A stretch of 64,000 bases of DNA, taken from NCBI GenBank assembly GCA_963663545.1, contig OY760505.1:1888001-1952000 (forward strand). Reading direction: 5' to 3'. Each line of letters starts with the position of its first letter. The first letter of the stretch is position 1. The position numbers and the translations under genes were made by a program. The notes beneath the pieces are model-generated. The model saw only the letters and a program-made list of their open reading frames with translations, was not told the origin of the DNA and did no database searches. Shown here piece after piece: positions 30,416-40,277 of this stretch. Source of the DNA: Candidatus Delongbacteria bacterium. Its GTDB lineage: Bacteria > CAIWAD01.

Positions 30416-31795
30416 ATGACTCTTCGCGACCGGACGACCATTCTTGCCATTTCGACACCACCCGGTACTTCGGGTATTGGTGTACTCCGCCTCAGCGGCC
30501 CGGACTCCTTCGCGCTTGTCGCGGAACGCTTTGTCCCGGGACTCGACTATCCCGCGGATAATCTTAGGGATAGACACTTCAAGTTCCGTCACGCACATGC
30601 TCATACAGGCTGGATTCTCGCCAACGACGCTAGGCCACTAGATCAGGTAGTTGTGTTAGCCCGTCGCGCTCCGCGCACCTACACTGGCGAAGACATGGTG
30701 GAAATCCACACGCATGGAAATCCCGCTTTGATGCAGGAATTGCTTGAGCTGCTTGCGCAGAAAGCGGCGTTGGCAGAACCCGGCGAATTCACTCGGCGTG
30801 CGTTGCTTAACGACAAGCTGGATCTGGCTCAAGCGGAGGCCGTGCATCGTTTAGTTGAGAGTCAGAGCCGCTGGGGCCGTGAGTTGGCGCTCAAAGCACT
30901 AGGCGGTCACACCAGTCAGCTAATTCAGGAACTGCGCGCGCAATTAATCGACCTCCTTGCCCGTTTGGAAGTAGAGTTTGATTTCAGTCATGAAGAAGTG
31001 GATGAACTGACAGCAGAAGAGCTCCTTCCTCTGCTGGAGCAGCCGCTTCACAGGCTTGAGCGCTGGCTTGCCACCTGGCGCGGTGGTCATCTTGCACACG
31101 GAGCTCAAATTGTTCTAACAGGTGCACCGAATGCGGGTAAGTCAACGCTTTTGAATGCCTTGCTGGCTGAGGAACGGGTCCTTGTTGACGACCAACCGGG
31201 CACAACGCGCGATGCCATTTCTTCAGCATTGCAGCTAGGCCCCTTACACATTACCCTGTGGGATACAGCCGGATTACGTCCGGATGGAGAGCGCGTTGAA
31301 CGGGCTGGAATGGAGCAGACTCGCAAACGACTTCAGGACGCAGACCTGATTCTGGCACTCCATCCGGTTGACAAAGGGCCATGGCCAGACATGGATTTTG
31401 CTTTTGACGTGCCAGTGCTACCGCTTGGTACAATGTCCGACCGCATGGTTCACGCCCTGCCAATTCGCACTACACAGTGGGGGCCCGAAGTACCGCTTTC
31501 TGCCTTCTGTGAAGGCGATCTGGAACGGTTGAAGGCGCGCATGCTGCAGTTGCTTTTGCACGATCTAGATAGACAACAAGAGCTTGTAATTCATGAAGAA
31601 AGACACCGCGCGCTATTGCTTTCAAGTCGTGACGCGTTGTTGCGCGCCCGCCAACTGCTACTGACCGGTAGCGATCGTGTCCTATTGGCCACAGAATTAC
31701 GCGATTCCATAGATGAGTTGGGGCAAATCTATGGAGGCTTTGATGTGGAAGAACTGTTGGATAACATCTTTGCAAAATTCTGCATTGGTAAATAA
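30416..31795 (+). CDS. mnmE: tRNA modification GTPase MnmE
   Basis: Motifs TGEDMVEIHTHG, GAPNAGKST, GTTRD, DTAGLR, FCIGK. Confidence 0.95.
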   Translation: MTLRDRTTILAISTPPGTSGIGVLRLSGPDSFALVAERFVPGLDYPADNLRDRHFKFRHAHAHTGWILANDARPLDQVVVLARRAPRTYTGEDMVEIHTHGNPALMQELLELLAQKAALAEPGEFTRRALLNDKLDLAQAEAVHRLVESQSRWGRELALKALGGHTSQLIQELRAQLIDLLARLEVEFDFSHEEVDELTAEELLPLLEQPLHRLERWLATWRGGHLAHGAQIVLTGAPNAGKSTLLNALLAEERVLVDDQPGTTRDAISSALQLGPLHITLWDTAGLRPDGERVERAGMEQTRKRLQDADLILALHPVDKGPWPDMDFAFDVPVLPLGTMSDRMVHALPIRTTQWGPEVPLSAFCEGDLERLKARMLQLLLHDLDRQQELVIHEERHRALLLSSRDALLRARQLLLTGSDRVLLATELRDSIDELGQIYGGFDVEELLDNIFAKFCIGK

Positions 31796-31801
31796 TTATC
31801 C

Positions 31802-33700
31802 ATGACAAGATTACATAAGACATCCGGTTCCACGTGGAACAAAAGCGGCTTTGACCTTGCCGTCATCGGAGGCGGTCATGCCGGGATTGAAGCGGCGCTA
31901 GCAGGCGTTCGCATGGGACTATGTACTGTCCTGATAAGCTCCCGGCTTGACACAATCGGCCAGATGTCCTGCAATCCCGCAATAGGAGGTTTGGGAAAGG
32001 GACACCTTGTACGAGAAATAGACGCTCTAGGTGGAACTATGGCTCGCGCTACCGACGCCAATGGCATTCAATTCAGAATGCTTAACAAAGGAAAAGGCCC
32101 TGCCGTTTGGTCGCCTCGGGCTCAAATTGATAAGTGTGCCTACGCTAGTTACATGCAGCAATTGCTGGAGGAGACTCCAGGACTTTGGCTTTTAGAAGGT
32201 ACCGTTGTCGATGTGGGTGTAATTCACGGTAAAATTTCCGAATTACACCTGCTGGATGGCGGCCGGATTACTTGCGCAAGCGTCGTTCTGTGTTCCGGAA
32301 CTTTTTTGAATGGAATCATTCATACGGGCACAGTACAACAAGCAGCGGGACGAGTTGGTGAAGCCGCAGTAACAGGTTTAACAGATGCTCTTCGTCGTTA
32401 TGGTGTGCAATTCTTACGCTACAAAACAGGTACTCCACCTCGTGTTTATCGCGACAGTGTAGACGTTTCTCAAATGGAACAACAGGATGGGGACACTGAT
32501 TTCTTCCAGTTCCATCATTATGATGCATATGCACGCCTTGCAGATCATCCATGTTGGATTTCTTACACAACTTCAGACACTCATTGTATCTTACGAGAAA
32601 ACCTACACATAGCTCCTCTGTTTAGTGGTCAAATCAGCTCAACGGGCCCGCGGTATTGTCCTTCTGTAGAGGATAAAATCATTCGCTTTGCGGATAAGGA
32701 GCGGCACCAGCTTTTCCTTGAACCGGAGAGTCTTGGAAGCGATGAATACTATGTGAATGGGTTTTCTACATCAATGCCAGCCGACGTGCAGTTGGCAGCA
32801 CTGCGTACCGTTCCTGGATACCAACAAGTACGCTTTGCTCGTCCTGGCTATGCGATAGAGTATGATTACGTACCCTGTGGTCAAATTCGTCATACTCTTC
32901 AGCATCGAAGACTATCCAATCTTTTCCTTGCGGGCCAGATCAACGGAACATCTGGATACGAAGAAGCTGCAGCTCAAGGATTGATTGCAGCCATCAACGC
33001 CGCTCTCTATTTGTCAGACTCACAGTCAGACTATTTTCCAGGCAGAGAAGACGCCTATATTGGCGTAATGTTGGATGATCTTGTCTCTCGCGAGCACAGC
33101 GAACCTTATCGCATGTTTACCAGCCGTGCAGAGTATCGTCTTCTTCTACGCCAGGATAATGCGGACCAGCGTTTAATGCCTCATGCAATTCGCTTAGGAT
33201 TACTACAACAGACTGTGATTGAAGAATTTAATCGCCGTGCTATTTTGACAACCAACCTTCTTGATCAGCTTTTATCCTGGCGCATTTTGCCTTCAAGCCT
33301 GGAAGGGCAACCTAGTTCTGGCGACGATCTCATTCCTGTTTCTCGCTTTCTACTTCGCCCTGATTCTTCTTTGCAGGCTGTGCTACATCAAAAACTGCCA
33401 GCATGGGAATCCATTTATCCAATTGACCTGATTCACCGCATTGAGACGGATCTGAAATATGCAGGCTACATAGACCGTCAACGCAGAGCCATTGACCTAC
33501 AACGTAAGGCAACCGATCTTCGCTTACCGGAAGATTTAGACTACATGGCCATCTCGACGATTTCATACGAAGGTCGTGAACGCATGTCTCGTGTTCGCCC
33601 AAGTTCTATTGCCCAAGCTTCTCGCCTGGGCGGAGTGACTCCCGCCGATATTGCTGCACTCCTCATCTTTCTCAAAAAGCGACAGAAGGAGGCAATCTGA
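31802..33700 (+). CDS. mnmG: tRNA uridine modification enzyme MnmG (GidA)
   Basis: Motifs GGGHAG, MSCNPAIGG, KTGTPPR, GPRYCPS, GQINGTSGYEEAAAQG. Confidence 0.97.
   Translation: MTRLHKTSGSTWNKSGFDLAVIGGGHAGIEAALAGVRMGLCTVLISSRLDTIGQMSCNPAIGGLGKGHLVREIDALGGTMARATDANGIQFRMLNKGKGPAVWSPRAQIDKCAYASYMQQLLEETPGLWLLEGTVVDVGVIHGKISELHLLDGGRITCASVVLCSGTFLNGIIHTGTVQQAAGRVGEAAVTGLTDALRRYGVQFLRYKTGTPPRVYRDSVDVSQMEQQDGDTDFFQFHHYDAYARLADHPCWISYTTSDTHCILRENLHIAPLFSGQISSTGPRYCPSVEDKIIRFADKERHQLFLEPESLGSDEYYVNGFSTSMPADVQLAALRTVPGYQQVRFARPGYAIEYDYVPCGQIRHTLQHRRLSNLFLAGQINGTSGYEEAAAQGLIAAINAALYLSDSQSDYFPGREDAYIGVMLDDLVSREHSEPYRMFTSRAEYRLLLRQDNADQRLMPHAIRLGLLQQTVIEEFNRRAILTTNLLDQLLSWRILPSSLEGQPSSGDDLIPVSRFLLRPDSSLQAVLHQKLPAWESIYPIDLIHRIETDLKYAGYIDRQRRAIDLQRKATDLRLPEDLDYMAISTISYEGRERMSRVRPSSIAQASRLGGVTPADIAALLIFLKKRQKEAI
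31826..31841. other. parS centromere site (GGTTCCACGTGGAACA) in the mnmG 5' end
   Basis: 15/16 match to the TGTTYCACGTGRAACA consensus. Confidence 0.85.
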
Positions 33701-34293
33701 TGTCTCTTCGTGAAAAGACACTTCACTTGTTCCACGTGGAACAGGCCGGTAATTCTCTTCAAGAATACGCGCGCATCCTACTGGATTACAACACCAAGGT
33801 TAATCTCGTTTCACGATCAACCTCCGAAGAGTTCAACGAAAGACACCTATTTCCTTGCATGGCAAGCGCTCTTGTTGACGAGGTGTGGAAAGAGGACGGT
33901 ATCGTCTACGATGTTGGTACCGGTGGTGGATTGCCGGGCATTCCACTCGCCATCATCAGGCCAGATCTAAGTGTTCATCTTGTGGAATCAAGAATTAAAA
34001 AGGTTGCCTTCTTGCTGAAGGCCAAAAACCACCTGTCTCTTAAGAACGTATTCATTGAACACCAACGAGTAGAAGAGATAGAGGCTATCCGCCCGGCCTC
34101 AACCATTGTTGCACGCTTCTTTGGCGACATACCAAAGCTTGTTTCTTTGACTTCTGGGCTACGCGACAACAACACCGAACTCCTTGTTTTCAAAGGCAAC
34201 AACGAAGAGCTTCCTGATCGAGTGGACGTATATCGATTATCTCAGCGTATCGCCTTGTTGGATGATAAAATCCTGGCCCACTATGTCCAGTAA
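33700..34293 (+). CDS. rsmG: 16S rRNA m7G527 methyltransferase
   Basis: Motifs N.KVNL.S, DVGTGGGLPGIPLAI, ES..KK; synteny. Confidence 0.92.
   Translation: MSLREKTLHLFHVEQAGNSLQEYARILLDYNTKVNLVSRSTSEEFNERHLFPCMASALVDEVWKEDGIVYDVGTGGGLPGIPLAIIRPDLSVHLVESRIKKVAFLLKAKNHLSLKNVFIEHQRVEEIEAIRPASTIVARFFGDIPKLVSLTSGLRDNNTELLVFKGNNEELPDRVDVYRLSQRIALLDDKILAHYVQ
33728..33743. other. parS centromere site (TGTTCCACGTGGAACA) in the rsmG 5' end
   Basis: Perfect 16-bp palindrome matching the parS consensus; encodes LFHVEQ. Confidence 0.92.
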
Positions 34294-37200
34294 CAGCTCT
34301 TCGAGAAGGCATCAGATCCGTACTCGACTAGAACGCAATGTTCTACGGGATAGCATCCTCGACGGAATTACAAAATGCGGGGCATTTCAAAGCACAGATG
34401 ATGGACTTAGAGAACCATCATCAAGTGTGGAAGCAGCTGGTATAGCTGGTTCTCTTCGGTCACTCGTTCTCTCCGGTTTGCTTGAAAACCGTCCTGGCAT
34501 CATTCTTCTTGAAGACTTGAATGACGCAGAGGACCTCTTCGACGACCTTGTACAAGTTCTTGGACCTGAGCGAACTCACCTTCTGCCGGTTCGCGAATTG
34601 ATGCCCTACGATCAGAAAGCTCTACCCGTGGAGCAGCGCAGCGAGCTCATGGATATTTTGCGTCGACTGCGAATGGGTGAGCGGCTTGTCCTTGTGGCTG
34701 GTGTACGCCAGATCGCTTCCCGCTACCCGGACAAGCGAGTTTTTGATCGTGGTCTTTACCATATCGAAGTCGGAATGAGTTTAAACCGCGAAGAACTTGT
34801 TTCCGAGCTCGAGGCCGCTGGATTTACACGAGAAAACGCTGTTGAAGACATCTCTCAATACAGTCTGCGTGGCGGTATTCTTGACATCTATCCCTGGGGC
34901 TTGGAGTATCCTATCCGCCTTGAGTTTTTCGGTGATGAAGTAGAATCCATACGAGCCTTCGATCCTAGTACTCAAACCAGCACAGAACGGCTTCCAGCAA
35001 TAAGCCTCGTGATACAAAACGGCAACACATGGAGCTACGATACAACACTCTTCGATCTACTCCACCGTGATACACTTTTCGTTTTGCCTCCACAGGACAG
35101 TCTCTTTGGGCAGATTGATTTCTTTCATCAGGAAGCCGTTCGAGCCTGGCGTCAGCTAGATGATCGTGAAACACAAGCTACTCCAGCGGATAAGTACTTA
35201 AGTGTTGCTCAGATCCGCGACGGCCTAGCCAACAAGCGAACGCTTTGGCTACATCCTACCAGACAGCTGCGTGATACAGTTATCAATTTCCACTCTCGGC
35301 AGCAAGAAAGCTACCTGCGCAATATTGACTTGCTCGTCAACAACATCAGCGCCCTTCGTGATGAGAACTACCGCATACACATCCTGTGCGACAACAATGG
35401 ACAACTCGAGCGCCTTCAGGAAATCCTCGAAGAAGATCATGAGCTTGCCCCGGGCACTGTAGAACTGTCAATAGGTTCTTTGCATCATGGCTTCGTACAC
35501 CACGATTCCAAACTTGTGGTCCTTACCGACCATGAGATTTTCGGTAGACCAAGACACCGAAAACATACTCGCCGCTTTCGCAGAGCAACCGCACTTCGAA
35601 AGATCGAAAATCTTGAGCCTGGCGATGCTGTCGTCCATGTGAAGTATGGAATCGGCCTCTTTGAAGGGCTGACGACAATCTCTGTCGCTGGTGTTGAGCG
35701 AGAAGTCCTGAAAATTCGCTACTCCAAAGACGATCGAATCTACGTCAAGCTGGAGAATTTCCGCGATGTTGAGCGCTACTCCGCGCAGGAAGGAAGCGAG
35801 CCCAAGCTCAGCTCACTTGGTAGTGGCGAGTGGGAACGCACAAAAAAGCGCACCACAAAATCGATTCAGAAGGTGGCCAAAGAGCTGGTTGAGCTCTATG
35901 CGAAACGCCGGCTGAGTTCCGGTCACGCCTTCGGACCGGACGCCGGCTGGCAACGAGAGATGGAAGCCGCTTTCGAGTTCGTGGAAACAGGCCATCAGCT
36001 CGAAGCGATTGCCGCCGTAAAAGGGGACATGGAGAAGCCTTGGCCCATGGATCGCCTGATTTGCGGCGATGTTGGCTTCGGCAAGACAGAAGTTGCGGTT
36101 CGCGCCGCTTTCAAAGCCGTTTGCGATGGCAAGCAGGTAGCGGTTCTTGTGCCAACGACTATCCTTGCACAGCAGCACTACAACACCTTCAGTCAACGCT
36201 TCGCAGAGTTTCCGGTTACGGTCGATGTAATCAGTCGCTTCCGCACGAAGGCGGAACAAACTGAAATCATCAGTAAGGTTCACCGCGGTAGTATTGATGT
36301 GTTGATTGGCACACACAGAATTCTGAGTAAGGATATTATTTTCAAAGACTTGGGGCTGCTTGTTGTTGACGAGGAGCAACGCTTCGGTGTCATGCACAAG
36401 GAGCGCATCAAGCAGCTTCGTGCGAACGTGGATGTGATGACGATGACAGCGACTCCCATCCCGCGCACCCTCAACATGGCATTGATGGGAATCAAGGATC
36501 TGAGTTTGGTAAATGAACCGCCCAGTAATCGATTGCCCATCGAGACCGAAGTTGTCGCCTTCAACAAGCGCACCATTCGCTCAGCCATTCTTCGCGAACT
36601 GGACCGCGACGGTCAAGTGTATTTTGTTCATAATCGCGTACAGACAATCGATACAATGAAGCAAATGCTGCAGGAGTTAATTCCTGAAGCTCGCTTTGAA
36701 GTCGGCCACGGGCAAATGGGTGAGCGTCAGCTCGAGAAAATCATGCTGGGCTTTATGCGGCGCAAATTCGATGTGCTGATCTCTACCATGATCATTGAGA
36801 CGGGCTTGGACATCCCCAACGTTAACACCATGATTGTCAACCGCGCAGATACCTTCGGCCTTTCGCAGCTCTATCAGCTACGTGGGCGCATCGGACGCAG
36901 CCACCGACAAGCCTATGCGCATTTGCTGACTCCGCCCCATTTCCAGATGAAGCAGGACGCGCGCAAGCGCCTGTTTACCATTGGCGAGTTCACCGATCTG
37001 GGAAGTGGCTTCAAGATCGCCATGCGCGACATGGAAATCCGCGGCGCGGGAAATCTGTTGGGCGAAGCCCAGAGTGGCTTCATCACAGCAGTGGGCTACG
37101 ATTTGTATAACCGCCTGCTGGAAGAAGCCATCCTTGAGCTGAGGAACGAGGAGGGCGAACAGCAGAAAATTGTATCACGCGGCGAGAGCCAAGTGGAACT

Positions 37201-37681
37201 GCCGATGGATGCGTTGCTCCCGGCTGATTATGTGGACGATCCCGGCGAGCGCGTCAACCTGTACCGGCGACTGCTTCAGAGCAACGACCAGGATGAGCTG
37301 AAGATTTTGCAGCGCGAAGTCGTCGATCGCTTTGGCCGATTGCCGCAAGAAGCTATGATGCTCTTCACGTTGGTGGAGCTACAAAAGCTGGCTCGCGAGG
37401 CTGAGATTCGAATTGTAGATCTGCGAGGGGATCCAATCCGCCTACAGCCGTGGCAACAGCAGGCGGGGGATAGTCAGCGCTATCTGCGAATGCTCCAACA
37501 CCTGGACAGCTCCTGGCCACTTGAATTGCGCAGCGATCCGGACCTTCAATTGCTGCTTCCGCGAAAGGGGCGTGACCTTGGATTTGCCCTTGATGTGACA
37601 CGTCGGCTGCTACGCGAGCTAGCCGTCCTTGTGCAAAAAGATCGCAGCCAGCAGAGCGATTCTGTGAATAGTGCGAGTTAG
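34283..37681 (+). CDS. mfd: Transcription-repair coupling factor Mfd
   Basis: UvrB-like N-terminus, RID, CGDVGFGKTE, DEEQRFG, TATPIPRT, QLRGRIGR, TRCF domain. Start taken as ATG 34283. Confidence 0.96.
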   Translation: MSSNSSSRRHQIRTRLERNVLRDSILDGITKCGAFQSTDDGLREPSSSVEAAGIAGSLRSLVLSGLLENRPGIILLEDLNDAEDLFDDLVQVLGPERTHLLPVRELMPYDQKALPVEQRSELMDILRRLRMGERLVLVAGVRQIASRYPDKRVFDRGLYHIEVGMSLNREELVSELEAAGFTRENAVEDISQYSLRGGILDIYPWGLEYPIRLEFFGDEVESIRAFDPSTQTSTERLPAISLVIQNGNTWSYDTTLFDLLHRDTLFVLPPQDSLFGQIDFFHQEAVRAWRQLDDRETQATPADKYLSVAQIRDGLANKRTLWLHPTRQLRDTVINFHSRQQESYLRNIDLLVNNISALRDENYRIHILCDNNGQLERLQEILEEDHELAPGTVELSIGSLHHGFVHHDSKLVVLTDHEIFGRPRHRKHTRRFRRATALRKIENLEPGDAVVHVKYGIGLFEGLTTISVAGVEREVLKIRYSKDDRIYVKLENFRDVERYSAQEGSEPKLSSLGSGEWERTKKRTTKSIQKVAKELVELYAKRRLSSGHAFGPDAGWQREMEAAFEFVETGHQLEAIAAVKGDMEKPWPMDRLICGDVGFGKTEVAVRAAFKAVCDGKQVAVLVPTTILAQQHYNTFSQRFAEFPVTVDVISRFRTKAEQTEIISKVHRGSIDVLIGTHRILSKDIIFKDLGLLVVDEEQRFGVMHKERIKQLRANVDVMTMTATPIPRTLNMALMGIKDLSLVNEPPSNRLPIETEVVAFNKRTIRSAILRELDRDGQVYFVHNRVQTIDTMKQMLQELIPEARFEVGHGQMGERQLEKIMLGFMRRKFDVLISTMIIETGLDIPNVNTMIVNRADTFGLSQLYQLRGRIGRSHRQAYAHLLTPPHFQMKQDARKRLFTIGEFTDLGSGFKIAMRDMEIRGAGNLLGEAQSGFITAVGYDLYNRLLEEAILELRNEEGEQQKIVSRGESQVELPMDALLPADYVDDPGERVNLYRRLLQSNDQDELKILQREVVDRFGRLPQEAMMLFTLVELQKLAREAEIRIVDLRGDPIRLQPWQQQAGDSQRYLRMLQHLDSSWPLELRSDPDLQLLLPRKGRDLGFALDVTRRLLRELAVLVQKDRSQQSDSVNSAS

Positions 37682-37716
37682 TATCTTGTGCTACACAAGA
37701 AGAGGAGAAGCTTGAG

Positions 37717-39435
37717 ATGAATGTTTCGAAAATGTATCACGCAGCCGTACTTCTTCTGGCACTGTCTCTTGTTCTGGGACTTGCTGGTTGTGCAAAGAAC
37801 GAAGACCTGGTCGCGCAAATAGGCTCGACGCGTATCACGCTCAAGGATCTACGCAATGAGATGGTTCGCAATAACCGCAATGATATTCACGAAGCGGCGC
37901 GCCTACCTCTTGAGAGTCGTGAGTTGGCTTTGGATCAAATGATAGAGAAGGAGTTGAAGCTCCAGCTTGCTCACCGCGCAGGATACTATGAGCGTCCGGA
38001 ATTCGTCAGCAAACGTGAAGAGCTTCTCGAAAACTCCCTTGTGCAGGAGCTGTACAACACCTACGTCTTTGATGCAGTCATCACCGATGAGGTCATTCGT
38101 GATACATACGAGCGCCAGGGTGTGGAGCTGCAAGCCTCTCACATCCTGCTCAAGTGGAAAGACGATTCCACTTCTGTGCGGCAACGAGCGGTAGAAATCC
38201 GGAATGAAATCGAGAACGGCCTCCCCTTTGCCGATGCTGCGACGAAGTACACGGAAGAACCCGGTGGCGCAGATCGCAAGGGAGATCTGGGCTGGTTCAC
38301 CTGGGGTCGCATGGTAATGCCCTTTCAGGAGGCGTGTTGGAATCTCTCGGAGAACGAACTCTCTCCACCTGTTGAAACCGCCTTTGGTGTTCACTTGATC
38401 AAGCTCACTGGCCGTCGTGTTCTGGATGTTCGTCCAAGTCTTGAAGAGATCAAGCCGCAAATCATCAGCACACTTCAAGCCAGTATGCGTGACCAACTCT
38501 TCGAAACGGGCACCACCTATACCACAGAAGTGCGTGATACATATCACCAGCATATCGATGAAGACCTTGTAAACGAACTGACGACAGCGATGAACAGCAA
38601 CATCGACGAGGATCATCAGTACGTGCGGGATGTGTCACAGAAGCTCCTCGAATCCGGATGGGCAGGACGTGTCATGGCCACGTGGGATGGTGGAAGTCTA
38701 CCGATGGAAGACTTCGTCAGCTGGTGTTACAAATACACGAATCCGCGCACTCCGTTTGCCAGCACGGACGATGTCCGCGCCATTCTTGAAAACGCCGTCA
38801 TGTCGCCCATGCTGGTAAAGCGGGCTTTTGAGATGAAGCTGGACCAGAATCAGGACGTGATCGATCTTGTGCAGACGCGTCTTGATGGGCTGGTATTGAC
38901 GGCTTATCGCAACGATGAAATGACGTCGGCTCACGGTGTAAGTGAAGCTCAGATTGAAGCCTACTACAACGAGCACACCGATGAGTACATGGACCCTGCC
39001 AAAGTTCGGGTGCAGGAAGTGTACGTCACGAGCAAGGAAACAGCTGAGGATATTGCTCGGCGCGCCAAGTCCGGCTCAAACTTTAGCGAGCTGGCTCGTG
39101 AGTACACCGAGCGACCCGGCAAGGCGGGTACTGACGGATCGCTGGAGCCATTTGCCGCGGGTCGCTATGACAAAATGGGTGAAGTGGCCTTCGAGCTGAA
39201 GCCCGGCGAGATCTCCGATCCGATTCAACTTGGTCGTGCTTGGGTTGTGATCAAAAAGGTAGAGAACATTCCTTCTTTGCCGCGTACACTTGATCAGTGC
39301 AAAACGCAGATTCGCATGAAGCTGGAGCGCGAAGCTCGCGAAGCCGCTCAGGCGGAATGGCGCGCCGCCGCAGAGAAGCAAATCAGCGTAAAGACCTGGC
39401 CCGACAAGTTGAAGCGACTGTTTGCGGAGGAATAG
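37717..39435 (+). CDS. Lipoprotein peptidyl-prolyl isomerase with two parvulin domains (PrsA/SurA-like)
   Basis: Lipobox LAGC; ASHIL...GDLGWF...PVETAFGVHLIK, plus a second parvulin domain. Confidence 0.88.
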   Translation: MNVSKMYHAAVLLLALSLVLGLAGCAKNEDLVAQIGSTRITLKDLRNEMVRNNRNDIHEAARLPLESRELALDQMIEKELKLQLAHRAGYYERPEFVSKREELLENSLVQELYNTYVFDAVITDEVIRDTYERQGVELQASHILLKWKDDSTSVRQRAVEIRNEIENGLPFADAATKYTEEPGGADRKGDLGWFTWGRMVMPFQEACWNLSENELSPPVETAFGVHLIKLTGRRVLDVRPSLEEIKPQIISTLQASMRDQLFETGTTYTTEVRDTYHQHIDEDLVNELTTAMNSNIDEDHQYVRDVSQKLLESGWAGRVMATWDGGSLPMEDFVSWCYKYTNPRTPFASTDDVRAILENAVMSPMLVKRAFEMKLDQNQDVIDLVQTRLDGLVLTAYRNDEMTSAHGVSEAQIEAYYNEHTDEYMDPAKVRVQEVYVTSKETAEDIARRAKSGSNFSELAREYTERPGKAGTDGSLEPFAAGRYDKMGEVAFELKPGEISDPIQLGRAWVVIKKVENIPSLPRTLDQCKTQIRMKLEREAREAAQAEWRAAAEKQISVKTWPDKLKRLFAEE

Positions 39436-39437
39436 GC

Positions 39438-40058
39438 GTGGCCCCCGAACAGGCCCTGCAGGAGTTGATGGACGGCAACCAGCGCTTTCGCGAGGGCTTT
39501 ACTTGGCGTGGATTGCGCTCGGCCTGGCAGGATCGCGAGGAAATGCTGGACAACCAGCGCCCCTTTGCTGCCATTCTGGGTTGTGCCGATTCGCGCGTGC
39601 CGGCAGAGATTATCTTTGATCAGGGCCTGGGCGATCTGTTTGTAGTACGAATTGCAGGCAACATTGCGGCGCCTTCGCAAATTGGTAGCCTGGAGTACGC
39701 CGTCGATGAACTGGACGTGCAACTGATCGTGGTTCTGGGTCACAGCCATTGCGGCGCGGTGGGCACAGCGCTGGATCATCGCTGGAATAAGTCGGGCATG
39801 CTTTCGCCCAACCTGAAAGCCATTGTGGATCGCGTAAATCCGGCAGTAGAGAAGACCCTGGCCTGGTGTGATACAAGCGATCGACGCAAGCTGGTGGCAG
39901 CTACCGTCGAGGAGAACGTGTATCACGCCACGCGGCAGATTCGCAGCGATAGCGGGCTGATTCGCGAAATGGAGCAGGCCGGTCAGGTGGTGCTTGTACC
40001 CGCCTACTACGAGCTGGCCAGTGGGACGGTCAGGCTGCTCCAGGGGCTGGATGACTGA
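39438..40058 (+). CDS. Beta-class carbonic anhydrase
   Basis: Motifs GCADSRV, RIAGN, GHSHCGAV; GGAGG RBS before GTG 39438. Confidence 0.93.
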   Translation: MAPEQALQELMDGNQRFREGFTWRGLRSAWQDREEMLDNQRPFAAILGCADSRVPAEIIFDQGLGDLFVVRIAGNIAAPSQIGSLEYAVDELDVQLIVVLGHSHCGAVGTALDHRWNKSGMLSPNLKAIVDRVNPAVEKTLAWCDTSDRRKLVAATVEENVYHATRQIRSDSGLIREMEQAGQVVLVPAYYELASGTVRLLQGLDD

Positions 40059-40207
40059 TCCAAATCACGACGGGCTTGTGCTACTTCTTCGAAATCACAC
40101 GGGGGGCATTCACCCCCTGTTTCATGATCAACACTATCGGCTAGTGCGATGGCACCGGATTCTGGACCCGCTTGCAGAAGGTCTGTGGGCTGGCTCGGTG
40201 CGTTAAC

Positions 40208-40233
40208 AAAACGGCCCCGCCTAAGCGGGGCCG
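40208..40233 (-). terminator. Rho-independent terminator of gyrA
   Basis: CGGCCCCGC-TTAG-GCGGGGCCG-TTTT on the minus strand. Confidence 0.75.
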
Positions 40234-40277
40234 CGGACATCACGATGGTAAAACCCTAGAATCCGTTGGTTTGACCC

